From the NCBI GenBank assembly GCA_000934665.2, contig KZ538181.1, forward strand, positions 62,001 to 107,120: DNA of 45,120 nt, read 5' to 3'. The stretch's first letter is position 1. Every line of letters starts with the position of its first letter. Positions 23,781-37,061 of the stretch are shown here, piece after piece. Made by a program: the position numbers and the translations under genes. The notes beneath the pieces were generated by a model. That model was not told where the DNA came from, ran no database searches, and saw nothing but the letters and a program-made list of their open reading frames with translations. The stretch is from Catajapyx aquilonaris. Lineage: Eukaryota.

Positions 23781-26312
23781 CTGTCNCCCGATTATAATTT
23801 ATTCATAGTTTTGTGTCGTGGGTGTGTATACATCTTATTATTCCCAAGGATTTCCAAGCTGGAATTAATGTTTCTTAACACTGTGTCATGCTGCGGATCG
23901 TTTGTGGCAACTAATTTTGCAAAGTAAATCCGGTAGGAAAAGCGGCGACAGCGACGCTGATTTGGCTTACAGTTTATCATGCCCTTTCTCAAACTTGGTG
24001 TTTGCGTCTGTGCATTGAAAATTGCCCATCTTTGTGCATCGACCTGGCACAAATAGCTTCCTGAATATAAATCAGTGGGGGTGGAATATAGGAACTGGGG
24101 GAGAAATCGTACATAATTCATGTAAGTCACAAGTCTTGGTAAAAGTTTCGAAAGTGAATAAGTAACAAAAAAAAAGTCGAGAGCGAAAAAATAAGAAGAG
24201 AAAAGGGAAACAGATCTCCGATGCAGTCAAGTTGCAGCAACGCTGATTTGGCCCGCCTTAAAGAGAACACCTGCGATGTTGTAGCGCTTTGCGAATCCGA
24301 GTCACTGGAGGGAATATTATAGGACGGATATGAAAAGCACTCTTTCATCCGCGCTGCCGCGACATTTAATGGAAAACCCATACTGAATTTCCTCGAGAGG
24401 GATTGGTTCCCCGGCTGCAAGTTCCATACCTCTGAAAAACATTCGGAATGCTCCGCTGGGAGAAACCACTGCCGGAGGTTGCTCATGCGAGCTGGATGGG
24501 GACAGATATCATCTGATACGTCCTACTTGTACCAATGTCCGAGATACGGTCGTGTGTCATGCATTCCCCTGGAATTGCAATAATAAAAAATGTGGGGAGA
24601 CCCACCAGAATGAATTTATGCAAAAAGTTTTTCTTTTAGGAGGGTGCAATTTGCTTTGTGGAATCTGCAGACAGAAGGACATGCCATGTGGATGGTGATA
24701 AACTGTCCGCTTTTGGATGATATGGGAATTTTTTGAGGACCAATAAAATCTAAATATTGCTCTTGTAAGGACTGGATTTGCAATATTGTGTATTATATTA
24801 GCATAGATATGCGCTTGGTAATATCTTTTTGATTGGCAGGCGAATTTGAAATTCTGATTTGGGACACCTTGTACTGAAAAATTCGAAATTATAATAGTGT
24901 ACTTGGTAGTACAGTGCCGTGGGTTTGAGTTGTTGGGAGTAAGCGTATGTGGTAACTATTAATTATTTACTAAAAAGCTTCTGGTGGGAAAGAAAATTAA
25001 TACTGTATGATAATATGATCCCTTTACATATTAATATGTTACTCTAACGCTTCGTAAATCTTGTAAAACGAGCACCGGATTATTTAAACCGCGTGTTTCA
25101 TTATTTAGCTTCCATCCTTATCACGGATTAGCCTGAGCCAAGTTGGTAGTCCGCAGCCCGCCAATACTCTGTCAGAAGAACCGTACCTGTTCAACCCATC
25201 GGCAATATATTCCTTCAGGATGCCAACCTGTGGGCATACGCGACATTTATGCCGATACTGATGTGATTTAAATTATGAATCACGCGGTATATGCATAACA
25301 CTAACCTGAACTTAGCTCCCTTAAGTTTTTTTTTCAAGACCCAGACCCTTACTGCTTCTATCCAAAACGAGGTAACTATTGTGTGGTTGCCTAGGGCAGA
25401 AATTGCTGAACTTTTAAAGTTGAAAGTTGGAAGAGAAAAAGTTAAGATGGGAGGCGGGGGGAAGGGAGGAAGTGTCCAGATAGATGAAAAATTGGGCCGG
25501 GCCACTTTTAAAGTTTGATGCAGGAGATGCAGCTAGAATTACATAATGCATACTCTAACCTCCCTGCCATACCATATCAGGGCAGCATCGTAATACAAGA
25601 CTTCTTTTCACCAGCGTTGCGTACTTAACCTGATTGCAATAAAAACATCTTTTTGGAGGTCATTAATATTCTCGACATTCTTGGAAGTGTCGACGGAGCT
25701 CTTCTAAAATACTCTCCCAGCACTGTGATGCTCAAAGCACTGCACTTGAGTGGTATTTTCATTCGCTGTTACGGTGTCAGACATTCCTGACCTTTTCATC
25801 TTTCCTTCGTGTAAAATTAAGCTGTACTGTATTATTTTGTTGACCTGCATTTGCTGTTAGTGCTGCTCTTCTGCACACGTAAACTTATAAAAAACGAACA
25901 GTTGACTAACAGCGCATGCATATTGTATCATCGCAATGCAGGGTACACAATGCATAATAAATCACCACCTGTCACACATGACCTTCTCTTTAGTACTCTA
26001 CATTTGACTATATACCCTAGTTTTTGTCTCAGTTTCCATTTGTTAGTACGCTGTCTTGTTTTATATGCGGTTTACTCTTACAGTAGTTTTGTGTTATGTA
26101 TAAGTTTTCATGCTTGAGGTACACTGACCATTTCTGTTAATGAACGTCACAGATTTTTATCGCACGTGGAAGTGACTTAGAACTGTGTGCATACATAGAA
26201 TAGCATCTCCTGGAAGGTTTGCATCCGACCACATAGATCACGTCTAAAACCTCGTGTCATTTCCAGGTGATGCGATCGCCGCAAATGAAAACATGACGGT
26301 AACACTTCTATA

Positions 26313-26874
26313 CAGGGTGTTTATTGTAACTCTGCAAAGACTTTCAGGGGTAACAGAGGAGACCAAGACAAGAATTTTTGACATAGGAACCCGTGTCCGG
26401 AAACGCCATCCAGAGGGGGTTCATAGACAAGGAACGGGTGCGCTCAGACGCGTCACGCGGGAGGTGCCAGGTGAGCGGACTGTTTTGTTGATAGATAGAT
26501 TGCAGTTGTTGCCAGGTTATTGCGTATCGCGTCGTTGTTTGCTTACAACAACGCGATACGCCATAACCTGGCAACAACAAATCCGCTGTTTGCTATCCAC
26601 GCATCTCCTAGGAGGCGTACTTTAGTTGCTAGATGGCTCTGCTGTTGCCAGGTTATGGCACATCGCATCGATGTTTACTATCCGAGCACCATCTATCAAC
26701 AAAACAGTCCGCTCGCCTAGCGCCTCCCGCACGAAGCGTCTGAGCGCACCCGTTCCTTGTCTATGAACCCCCTCTAGATGGCGTTTCCGGACACAGGTTC
26801 CTATGTCAAAAATACTTGTCTTGGTCCCCTCTATTACCCCTGAAAGTCTTTGCAGAGTTACAATAAACACCCTG
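26313..26874. mobile_element. Tc1/mariner-superfamily MITE with 184-bp TIRs and an internal hairpin
   Basis: Termini TA-CAGGGTGTTTATTGTAACTCTGCAAAGACTTTCAGGGG ... CCCCTGAAAGTCTTTGCAGAGTTACAATAAACACCCTG-TA. Arms are 26313-26496 / 26691-26874 with scattered mismatches. No coding capacity. Confidence 0.92.
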
Positions 26875-26931
26875 TATATAAAAAATATAGGTCAGCTGTG
26901 GTCACCACATGACAATAATTGAACACTTTAA

Positions 26932-27060
26932 TTCCCGATTGCACCAACCGAAATTACCGATCCGATAGCTCCTAATGGATCGTTAGGAGCCCTTTTAACT
27001 TGTGCTAACGATCTGTTATAGGAGCTATCGAATCGATAATTTCGTTGGTGCAATTGGGCA
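26932..27060. mobile_element. PIF/Harbinger-type (Tourist-like) MITE, 129 bp
   Basis: Imperfect palindrome ttcccgattgcaccaac ... gttggtgcaattgggca, flanked by TAA on both sides (26929-26931, 27061-27063). A 3-bp TWA TSD is characteristic of PIF/Harbinger. Confidence 0.75.
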
Positions 27061-30000
27061 TAAGTCACGCAAAATCATCACCTAACTTATGCCACCAGAG
27101 TAACAAAACTAAATATTGAACCACTTTTTTACCCCATTCGAGGGGGATGAGCCCTTTTAGGGGGACAATATTGTACCACTTTAAATCACGGAAAATATTA
27201 GCTCCCAGAGCACTGAGCACTGTTACTGACAGAATATTCACCACGCTGCGAATCATACACATTTCATAGCTGTCAGCTTTTGCAATTCTGTTCTGGAACA
27301 AAGCCTGTGATTTGATAAAAAGTTGATTTGAGCCATAATTTTATAAATCCAGGTTAATTTTTTATATTCGCGTGCGAATCAAAACTTTAAATTTTGATTT
27401 CATGGTGCAAGAATTTTCAAACCTTTACAACCCCCTCTGAATAATCAACAACTTCTTTCAAGCTCACCACTTTTTAATGCAACCCCAATTGACTCATCCT
27501 CCATAACAGCAAAAACACTGATATTAAATCGATTCCACAGGAACGGAATGTCAGTTCTTCGTGTTCAGTAGGTAAGATTGAAGTTTGGCCAAAGGAGGGC
27601 CATTTGTGCACCTAGTCTGTGAACATGGAATAGTGCTGAGGAGAAAGAGGATGATGGGGGTGGAGGGTGGGTATGGGGGACTGGCAGCCCCACAAAAGCC
27701 GCAACCCAAACAGCTGCGTACCCCCACCAATGGGGTGCCGCCTGTCCGAAACGGGTTCACAACAGGCTTTCAGGCTTCCTTTTGTAACGCTGTTAGCCGA
27801 GGCCGACGGCTCTTCGTTCCCTTGCTTCCATTTGCCGACGTTGCTGAACCTCAGGGGGTGTACGGGGGGTGGGGGTGGGGAGGAGCTGAATGGACTAGTC
27901 TTCTCCAGGAAGGCATAACAGCACGTTGCTGCAGTGGTGACCCAAACAACTGGAGTTTCATTCTGTCATGCAATATAATACCATAAAAAGCTGCTAAAAG
28001 GCGAATAAATTCCCATTTACATGATGCCGCTGCTAGCAAATCGTACGGACGGCCAATGAGTGTCGAGATCGGGTTACCGCGTGTTGCGTCCTGCATGCTG
28101 ATTGGCAGCGGTTTCGCGTGCCATTACGTAACAACTGAACCTGCTGCAGACAATGAGAAACCTTCAACGTATTTCGAATTTAACATCACGCTCGACCACA
28201 ACAGAAACCTGGTGTGACATATCCTGACCTCTAGTTCAATACGAGGCAAAAGTTCATGCTGGGAAGTGTATTGCGACCTAGTGGTATACCGCCGATAAGT
28301 TGACTTGATGACACGAGCTTTTCGATTGATGTGGGCACTGCGTCTTTTCTGGTGTGCTGCAGCTCTTTTGATGTCGTAATCTCCTTTCTCGCCTACCTTT
28401 TGGTACACACGCCACAGTCGGGGAAATGGGCGCATGTTTTCCGCATTCTTGACCAGTGGGTGGTCAGTTGCCTGCTAACATTTTTTATGGTTGTATTTCT
28501 AGGGTTTTACCGACAGTCAAAGGGCACAACCATTTGCTTTCTGTTTCTTGATTTCCATCCACCTTTTGGGTGGAACCTGCAGCCATGGAATTAATACCTT
28601 CTAGACGTTGACACGAATGTGAAAGGGAAGTGTGGTTTATCAGGTCGGGCTGCTTTGCGGGCTTAGCTAGGGAAAGTTAATTTCGACAAATAGCCTACAT
28701 TTGCAAATTTCGTAAACATAGTGCTGCCACAATGACTTTGCCAGCTAGCCTACATCACGTGATACAGGTGATGTTCCCATTGTGTCGAGGCACATATTAT
28801 AGTAGTGTAAGCACAAGCTGAATATATGAACAGAAACAAAAGGGTTTCTGGGAGAAACACATCCAGTGTAATATGCAAGTCGGATAGAATGCGGCTTCTC
28901 TTACAATATGTAGTTTCCAGCTAATTTAAATGAGTGTTATGAGCTCCAGCTTCCTGGGGAATGAAGAATACCTTTCATTGCGGCAGAGACACTTATGAAT
29001 ATCTTAGTATTGTGAGCTGTAATTGCAAGTTGCCGACTTTGTCTGGAAATGTATGTGTTCAATTGCTGCAGTAGTATTATTGTGCATCAGAAACCAAGCA
29101 GCTCTAAAATATAGGGTTCGTAGTAAATTCAGTACTGCTGTGGTTGTAATAATGAGCAATCCATTGATTCGCCAACTTGCACTTGCAGCAGCTGAGGTGA
29201 TGGCCGTCGCTAGTTTCCGCCTCGTCCAATATCTTAAAGCGATGCTTTTATTGACACCTCATGGCCATATATGGGAATTAATTATTACTGGAGTGTTAAT
29301 TAATACACACACCTTGGTAGTACTGTATCCTTCTAATTCTCGAGAGAAACTATTAGAAATTCCAAGGTGCGCCAATGTTAAATTATTCTACTCCCATTTG
29401 TAGCGAAATGTAGGCCTACTTAAAGAGTTCAATCGCCACTGGGTAGCTAACTAGTTTTATTCATTAGTAAGATATGTGCAGTTATCCTAAGGAGGAACTA
29501 TTTTAACAATGAACTATGAACCTACTGTAAAATGATTTAAGTGTGAATTTTCACGAACAAATATGACGAAGGTTCACGTTGCAAGTCTCCAATATTGGAA
29601 AGTTGGTGAATAGACATACAGAGTAATGTATAATATTATGACCCACCTTGCATATTTGGTTGAAGCATATCGGTGTATCAACGTTGAAGGCTTGCAACAT
29701 GAATTTTGTCGCCCATCATTTTTGCTGCAATAGTATCTGCACTAAAAGCAGCGTTGATAACTCATTAATAAAGCATACGAGAATTATGACCCAAAGCATG
29801 GCTTTCACACATATTGTAGTCTGTACAAATTCTACAATATTTGACAAATCCAGGGCATGCAAATCTCCAAAAAGCAAGCAGAAAAAACTGGGATATGCGC
29901 TAAAAAGAGCAGAAATAAATCCGCATTGTTGCCGAGCCATAATGCAGGGGGTCGTCGTAAGGTTAGGCGCAAATGAGGGCAAAGCTTGGGCTGCATCTGT

Positions 30001-33000
30001 CGTCGCTGTTATCAGCGCCTTTCGATGGCGCCGCAGGCCCATAATTTTTAACAAACCAACCACCAAAGCGGCCATTGGGAAAGATTAAGTGCCATAGCTC
30101 ACCATTTCGCAGTGAATAATGCAACATATTCTGGCATCACCCGTTTTGATGCCCCAACGTTGAACGTTCAAACGCTTTTATGGGGGATTCCTTTTTTGGT
30201 GTAGGGTTAGAGCAGGACCAGGGGGAGAGTGGTGTAGAAGGGCACTTGCAAACGGCTTCGACTCTTCAGTGCCGCGTGAAACATTCATTCTCTTGCTTGT
30301 CCGCTTCCGCAAACGTGGGTTGGAAAACCCAGGGAATTTTGTTCCCCTTTGTTATTAAAGCTCGTTGTCCGCGTCTCGGTGCATCTCGGTGGGTCCAGTC
30401 AGTTGCAGTTTGCTGCGGTTTTATTTCATGTCCGAACGCGCCCATCGAAGTTGGTTGGCGAGAGCGGTTTGCTCAGAAAGAGCAAATTACAGGTAGTAAT
30501 GATTGTAACAGTTATCTCTTTTTGCTATGTGTAAATTGCTGGACCAAAGCGCTTGTCAAGGATAATGCAGAATGGTGTTGCGGACCTGCGTTTGCTGTAG
30601 GGTTCCCGCCAGCAGTCTTTTGCTTTACACAGGTTGTATTAGTCTGCTTTTGTTCTTTTGGTAAAGTACAAAGGAAGAGTTTTGTTAGTTTCCGAATGAT
30701 GTCATTGGTTATGATCCGGGAGTTTATGTGATCTATATTTGATGACCATTCTACGAACCAAACTTTAATTCCAAAAATAATGCTATTACTATGCCATTCA
30801 GTGGTATTCACGGAGTCATGATGTCAGATACAATATTTTCCCAGATTTACAATATTTTGGAACTAACTTGTATTGCACGGGTTTAGCTCAAGATAAGCAA
30901 ACGTCGATCGTAATTTGTTACACCCTTAGTAATGCACATCTACGAACCTACTGCCATTTTAGAAACATGCAAATCAAAATGGCCCAGAAATATCTTGATC
31001 CTGTTAAGGCTGTTACGGATACTAGATGTTGCCAAGGGAACCGTCATAAGCAGGTTGGTACGAAACCTTCTCTCCTTCCAAAACCAAGTGATGTGACTCT
31101 TATAAAATATAGCCAACTGGCACGAGACCCATGATAGCGAGATATTCAAATGCCACGTCCCGTGCTGTATGTTCTCGCTTCACCTTCTTCACCATCTCCT
31201 CCCCGAAGCCCTCCAGCAGCCTCCTTTCTCTTTGGCTTTCTCCCCACTCAAGGTAGCAAAATATAGACGTATAATGCAATGCATGCGGCTAAAGGTTTCA
31301 CTCTTTTCTTGAAATTGACGCAGATCGGATTTTCTGGAAGTACTGAAATAAGACCCCCACTAATGTAATATGATTGGAGTTTTGTACTGATTGCGGATAA
31401 GAGAATCAGCATCCATATGAAGATTGATGAGGTACCCTACATTCTAAATTCAGGATATATTTTTGTCAGTTTTTATGTATTATCACATTTTATTTTAGCG
31501 GATGTGATTAATGGAATTGGAATGATTTTAATTGGACACGAAAATAGGGCTATACGTGTAATTAAATTTTAACTCAATTTTATTGATGCATGGTTCCTTT
31601 CTGAATGACATCATATATTGCATTATTGTTAACGTGCAGTTTATCATCATTACCGAGGTCTGATTAAATTGCATTTTCATATTCATATAAGAATCATTGC
31701 ATCATTTTTCTCTCATGTCCACTAAGAGGCTATACTTGCGTAAAATCCGATGTTTGCCATATACCTAAAGAGAGATCTCGTGATTTTTGAAGTAGGTCTA
31801 TTTAGATTCATAAGCAGTATTTTGTTTGGATACTTCATGGTAAGCAATTAGCATAATTAATGGAGCAGTTTTTTTTTTGTTCCAAGCAGACATTTTAATA
31901 GCAAATTAACTCTGAACAATACTTGAAAACCAATACGTATAATGAAAACAGGTCAACTATGAAGGTTTTTATATAGCGATCATCGACCTCAGATAATGCT
32001 TCTGCGCAATCTGCTGCCAGATTTTCATAATTTATCCAATCATATTTTTATTATTCCAAGTCTATGACAGGCACATATGCCTAGCTGTTGAATGATGTCT
32101 TAGTATTTTTTTGCATCCTTGAATAAAGGAATAGCATAAAAAGGTCCTCAAATTGTTCTGAATAGTTCCACCAACACATGTTTGCTGCAAAATCAGTTTA
32201 GTATGGTACCATTTTAAATCCTGGACTATCAAAAAGACCGGTGGCAGGATATCTTTTGAACCCACCGATGCATATGCATGGCACCATGCATGACTGAAAA
32301 CTCTCTAAAAATGTCATACTCGCATTTTTTTTCATATCATTTTCGCTTCAGCCCCAGCGAATTCGTCTATTCGTAATTATTAGGCCTAATGAGCCCGCAC
32401 GCACAAACCGTAAGCTTTTAGGCCCTATGAATCCGATAAATAGTTGAAACTGTCAGACTAAATATTTAGAGTAAAGGCACACTGTGGCATTGCATACAAT
32501 ATGCCCTTTTTATGCCATGACGCTGCGGATGAGAGATTAGCACCATAAAATTCCCAGAGCAAAGCATCCATGTGATTTACTCTACTCCCTTGGTATCTAC
32601 CTGATGACCCACGCCATTTTAGTGATCTGTACAAGCCAGAACTTGCACTGGCTCTAGTCAGCACAATTGCGGCTCTCGCTATATTCACAGCATGCGCCCC
32701 AAGAACACGTAGTTCTGAGACTGCACATAAAGTTCATGAAGCTAGACTGCTAGCTAGAATATTCTTCCAGCACCGAGTTTTTTTTTTTGTTTTTTGCTCC
32801 TCACCAACTCCCATGATGTGTCGAGTAATTTCACGTACCAGCCATGGCAGATTTTTCTTCCCTGATGAAATTAAAATTTCACGGCTGTTGTTGGACTTTC
32901 ATTGCCCCTTGATAACAATCTGCGGCGGCCGCCGTTGAACTGCAAACGACGGGATTTGGAAGATGTGCCGCTTCCCTAGTTCTTGGGCATAGGGGTGACT

Positions 33001-34398
33001 GCATGACATTTTCGGACGTAATGGCCGATTATGAGCTTGGTCTACTGCTCGTTTATTCCCTTCCAAGCGTTTATGGCGGAGGCGTTTCCTGCAAGTAGGA
33101 GATCGGGGATTTGCAGCAGCAACATGGATTTTAGTGCTCGACACCCGCTGCTTGCTGGCCATTTTTTTTCTTACCACCCTGCTGTTTTTACAGGGTGTGT
33201 AGGCGTGACCTGGCTTTTTTTTGGAGGTCAGCAGGACCTTGCTATTGTGATCAAGTCTTTAGAAACTTTGAAGGAACTGGGTCGGGGTGAGGATTTTTTC
33301 TGGGGGAACAACCGGTCCTGGGCAGTGTGGAACTTTTGGCAGCTCTTACACTCGGTTTAAATACAATGGGATCCAATTAGTGTCGTTCTTTGCCTTTATT
33401 TAGGCGGGACACGTCTGGAGAAATTCAATGAATGGGGCTGCCCAGGCTACCAATTCTGAAATTACAATCTGCACTTTCCTGCAGTTTCGCTCGGATTTCC
33501 TTTTAATGAGTCGCAGTCCTTTCGGAAGCGTTACTGTAGACTTGGTTTACTTGCTTCACAAATTAGAAGCGTTTGCATGTTGATCAGCAGCTCCTTTTGC
33601 AACAGCAGTATTACTCATAATGATATTTGGGTAGTCTGAGCACGGTTAAGTGCAGATTTGTTGGATGCCAAGAAAAGAGTTTTGTTCCTCGAATTGTGGC
33701 CACAAAAAAATGAGATGGGAAAGTCTCGGAAAGTCTATATAAACACTGGTTTTCTCTCAGATATTTTTAATTTTTATTTTCATACGGTTCTTATTCTCTT
33801 TAGTTTGAGTTTCTCACTGCTTTAAATTGAAGATCACGGGAAGGTAGGGGAAATGACCGAGGGCATGCGTTTTACGACCTCTAGGGGTTGAAGAAAAACT
33901 TGATTTGCTTTTGTTGGTATTGTGACGAGTCCCCTGTAGGGAATGACAGGTTGACATCTTTCTGAACAAGTAATAAGTTGCAAATAAGGCATAGAACAGC
34001 CAATAGTTCACTACATTATTTAAACTCAAGAAACATTTGGTGGGCTAAGTGTTACATGCTACGTTTTTTAAAAAATATCAGGTTTAAAAAGTTTGCTTCG
34101 CCCACACACACAGCCATTAAGTATGGGAAAGGTTTTACGTGATTTTGTACCTTCACAATGGTTTCGCTTATATCATTGACATAATGTTGCAATAAATAGC
34201 TTAGCCATTAATTCGGTGTGATAGGAATTTTAAAGTGAACTACATCTTAATCGCGCGAACTAATGAAAACTCAGGAGAAAATTACTAATTCTTCTTTAGG
34301 TTGAATCCCAAATGTTTACGGGCCGATTGCTTGTTTTGTCTTCGTCTCTGCTTCTCCTGCAAAGATAAAATAATTGTATTGGGTTAGAACGGTAGTCA

Positions 34399-34450
34399 TT
34401 CCCAGAGAGAAATGTATGAGCTTATAAGCTCATACATTTCTCTCTGGGAA
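34399..34450. repeat. Perfect 52-bp palindrome with no spacer
   Basis: ttcccagagagaaatgtatgagctta|taagctcatacatttctctctgggaa. Confidence 0.95.
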
Positions 34451-34881
34451 GGCAAAGATATTGGGTAGGCCTACATAGTGTTTTTCTGCCAGATATTCAG
34501 TAACAGGAGATGTTTCTGGAGTGTCTCGGTGTGCTAGGTACAAAAACCTCTTTCTAATCACGAATTCTTCCTCGTCATCTTTGGTGGTGTTGGTTCCATC
34601 ATGAATCATCGACTTTTCCTCGGCATTTTGGCAGCAAATGAGCTCCTCGTCCAAGTCCTTGCATGGCGTTTCCTTCTAAATGTTTTTGAAACATGTCAAT
34701 TATTTTTGCATAGCTTATCTTTGGCCAATTAAAAAGATTCCATTAACACTATCGTACACACAAACTAAATAATTAATGATTTTAAAATGTTTACAATAAT
34801 TGCAGCATAATTATAAAAATTTTGAGTAGGGAAAATTTGTCCATTTTTCATACTAAAGGCAGTTTTCTGAAAGAATACTGT

Positions 34882-35130
34882 GAGTCATTTCATGTCGAAA
34901 CAGCCCAATTTTCACAAATTGGTTGCTCGGCCACTTAGAATTTCAGTGGAAAATTCAGGGTACTTGCCCTCATAAGTGATAATCAATCACTGATTTTAGA
35001 TTTTTCGAACACAATTTGTGGAAACGATTGCCAATAAAAATATTTGACACATTGGAGTCATATACTATTTTTATTATTTTGAAAGAACTTGGGTATACAT
35101 GACATATTTTTATATCACATGAAATGACGC
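34882..35130. mobile_element. Possible old MITE with 15-bp imperfect TIRs (GAG-start, Sola-like?)
   Basis: gagtcatttcatgtc (34882-34896) and cacatgaaatgacgc (35116-35130) give a 13/15 inverted match; no TSD is visible. Confidence 0.25.
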
Positions 35131-36625
35131 AAAGAATTTCATGCAATGGCATGACGTGATTTTGCATTTAAAAATTTTAACACTAATTTTGCTCAGAAAA
35201 TTGCTTAAATGTGGACTTTTTGGCATGACTGATATGCATAATACAAAACGCGGAGACTAAAGGATGAAATAATTATTTTGAAAGAAAGTGTGGATTCTAC
35301 AGTACATGGAGAAATTTAATGAGTTAAGTCACCCAGGCGATGTGATCTTTGGCCCATTTTTCTCTCGGTGGGACTGGACTGATTTCCAAGTTGACAGTGT
35401 CCTAACTGTAATGTGCAGTCCTTCGAGCTAGTCTCAAGAATGCTGTATTGTTTTCTGCTTTAGTTTAGTTTAGAAGTAGTGAAATTTTCGTTTGGGCATA
35501 GAGCGAGAGGAAGGGAAGAGAGAGATTCTTGACCACTTCTCTTGCCACTTGTGGCATGATCCATTTCATTGGTGATTGCAACAATCGAGTCCGAGCAACC
35601 ACCTAACACAAAATTAATGCTCGTCATAATCATGCCATTGTTTCAGGCTTTCCTGGCCGGCAACAAATTCAGGTGTCAATAATTTCCTACAGCAAGCGGT
35701 TTTAGAGTTGGAATATCTCTGAATGTTGCTTAATAACAATCAACTTAAACAGTAGATTTTGCAATCGCAGTTTTAAAGTTATATCTGGCTACACAAATAT
35801 TCAGGGAACCAGTGAATAACCACATTTGTTGGCCATCTATACAATATTGCATTTACTAATTCTATTGAATAGCTTAAAAACTTAGGCTTTAACTTAGAAG
35901 CTTTAAAATGTAATGCATTTTATAGCTTTATCGCTCATTGGGGGGGGGGAGTGTGATTTCTACCCAAGTCCAGTCATTGGATCAACCTTATTTTGATACA
36001 TGAAAGGACATTTTAAATGAAACAATATCTGTTAAATTTTGGTACTAATTGAGGTGACTACAGTATTTAAATGCACAGATTTAACAATCAATTCAACTTG
36101 TGCAGTTGACAAAAAAATAGAGTTTTCGTCATTTGTTTATTTTTATTTCCACGCCTGGTTGAATGAACATAGCACTGGTATTATATTTGTATGTGTGCAT
36201 AACTTCAGAGACCACACTTTTATCCTGTCAGCCTCAGGATAACTATTACGTATGTACAATGTGATCCAAAATACCTTCCAGACTAATATATAGCTGTAGT
36301 ATTTATTGTTGCACTAAACTGTTCATTTTAGCAGTTGCATAGTTACCTTTAATTTTAATGGAAAGTTTTAGCTGCTATAATATTAGTGTACATGTACCAA
36401 TTTATTCTTTTCAAAGTCTGCGAGTGGGTCTGGCTTGCACAAAGAGGGTTCTGTCATTGACTTGAGATGATAATAATTGTTCCAATGGGCCATTTTATAA
36501 TCGGAAATCATACTTTGTAGTTCCCATCTTGAATGCATTATTCAGTTCGGGGCGTAATATTAGTGGCTTATACTTTTGATAACCACTGAAAGTAACTACT
36601 GTACATCCCAATTAGTAATTAATTT

Positions 36626-36912
36626 ATAATAATAATTCATACCCCGTTATCAGCCTATCGGCTCTTTAGGGGGGAAGTTTTTTGTTTTGCCTGGAACTCT
36701 TTGCTTTCATTTTACTGCGCTTTTTGGGATAGGATAGGGACGGAAGGAAGCGGCTGTGGCCTATTAATTATGGAAACAACTCCGGAATTTTTCTGGAAGG
36801 ACCGTTGGAAACCGCAGAAAACCACGGTCAGAGTTGCCGGCCCCGGTATTTGATCCCAGGATCTCCCGATTAGCAGTCGGACACCATATCCCCTACTCCA
36901 AACTGCTTCGGT
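36626..36912 (-). mobile_element. tRNA-derived SINE with a central domain common in arthropod SINEs (SINE C)
   Basis: Perfect 16-bp TSD aattagtaattaattt (36610-36625 / 36913-36928) and an (ATT)n tail. The decayed tRNA head has a B-box-like GGATCAAATAC (36846-36856). The centre GGTTTTCTGCGGTTTCC...TCCAGAAAAATTCCGG...AGGCCACAGCCGCTTCCTTCC resembles widespread insect SINEs. Confidence 0.88.
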
Positions 36913-37061
36913 AATTAGTAATTAATTTTGAGTTATTAGCTAGCTTTGATGCAACCTTCTCCACTCTCCCATACCAATCTCACTGAGGAAAATCCGTGAA
37001 AGAAACATACGCAGCAAGTAAGATCTAGTCCTTCTACAGTATAGGAATGTAGTATACAGTA

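Noticed and set aside
28053..28118. Two opposed CCAAT boxes plus an E2F-like TTTCGCG as an internal promoter
   Set aside because: Short motifs expected by chance in GC-rich DNA, and no downstream exon or ORF
30180..30731. Longest ORF in the window (183 aa), and similarly 12570..12992, 27585..27986 and 29648..30088
   Set aside because: No recognisable domain, atypical composition, and often overlapping ORFs on both strands; consistent with chance ORFs in GC-richer non-coding DNA
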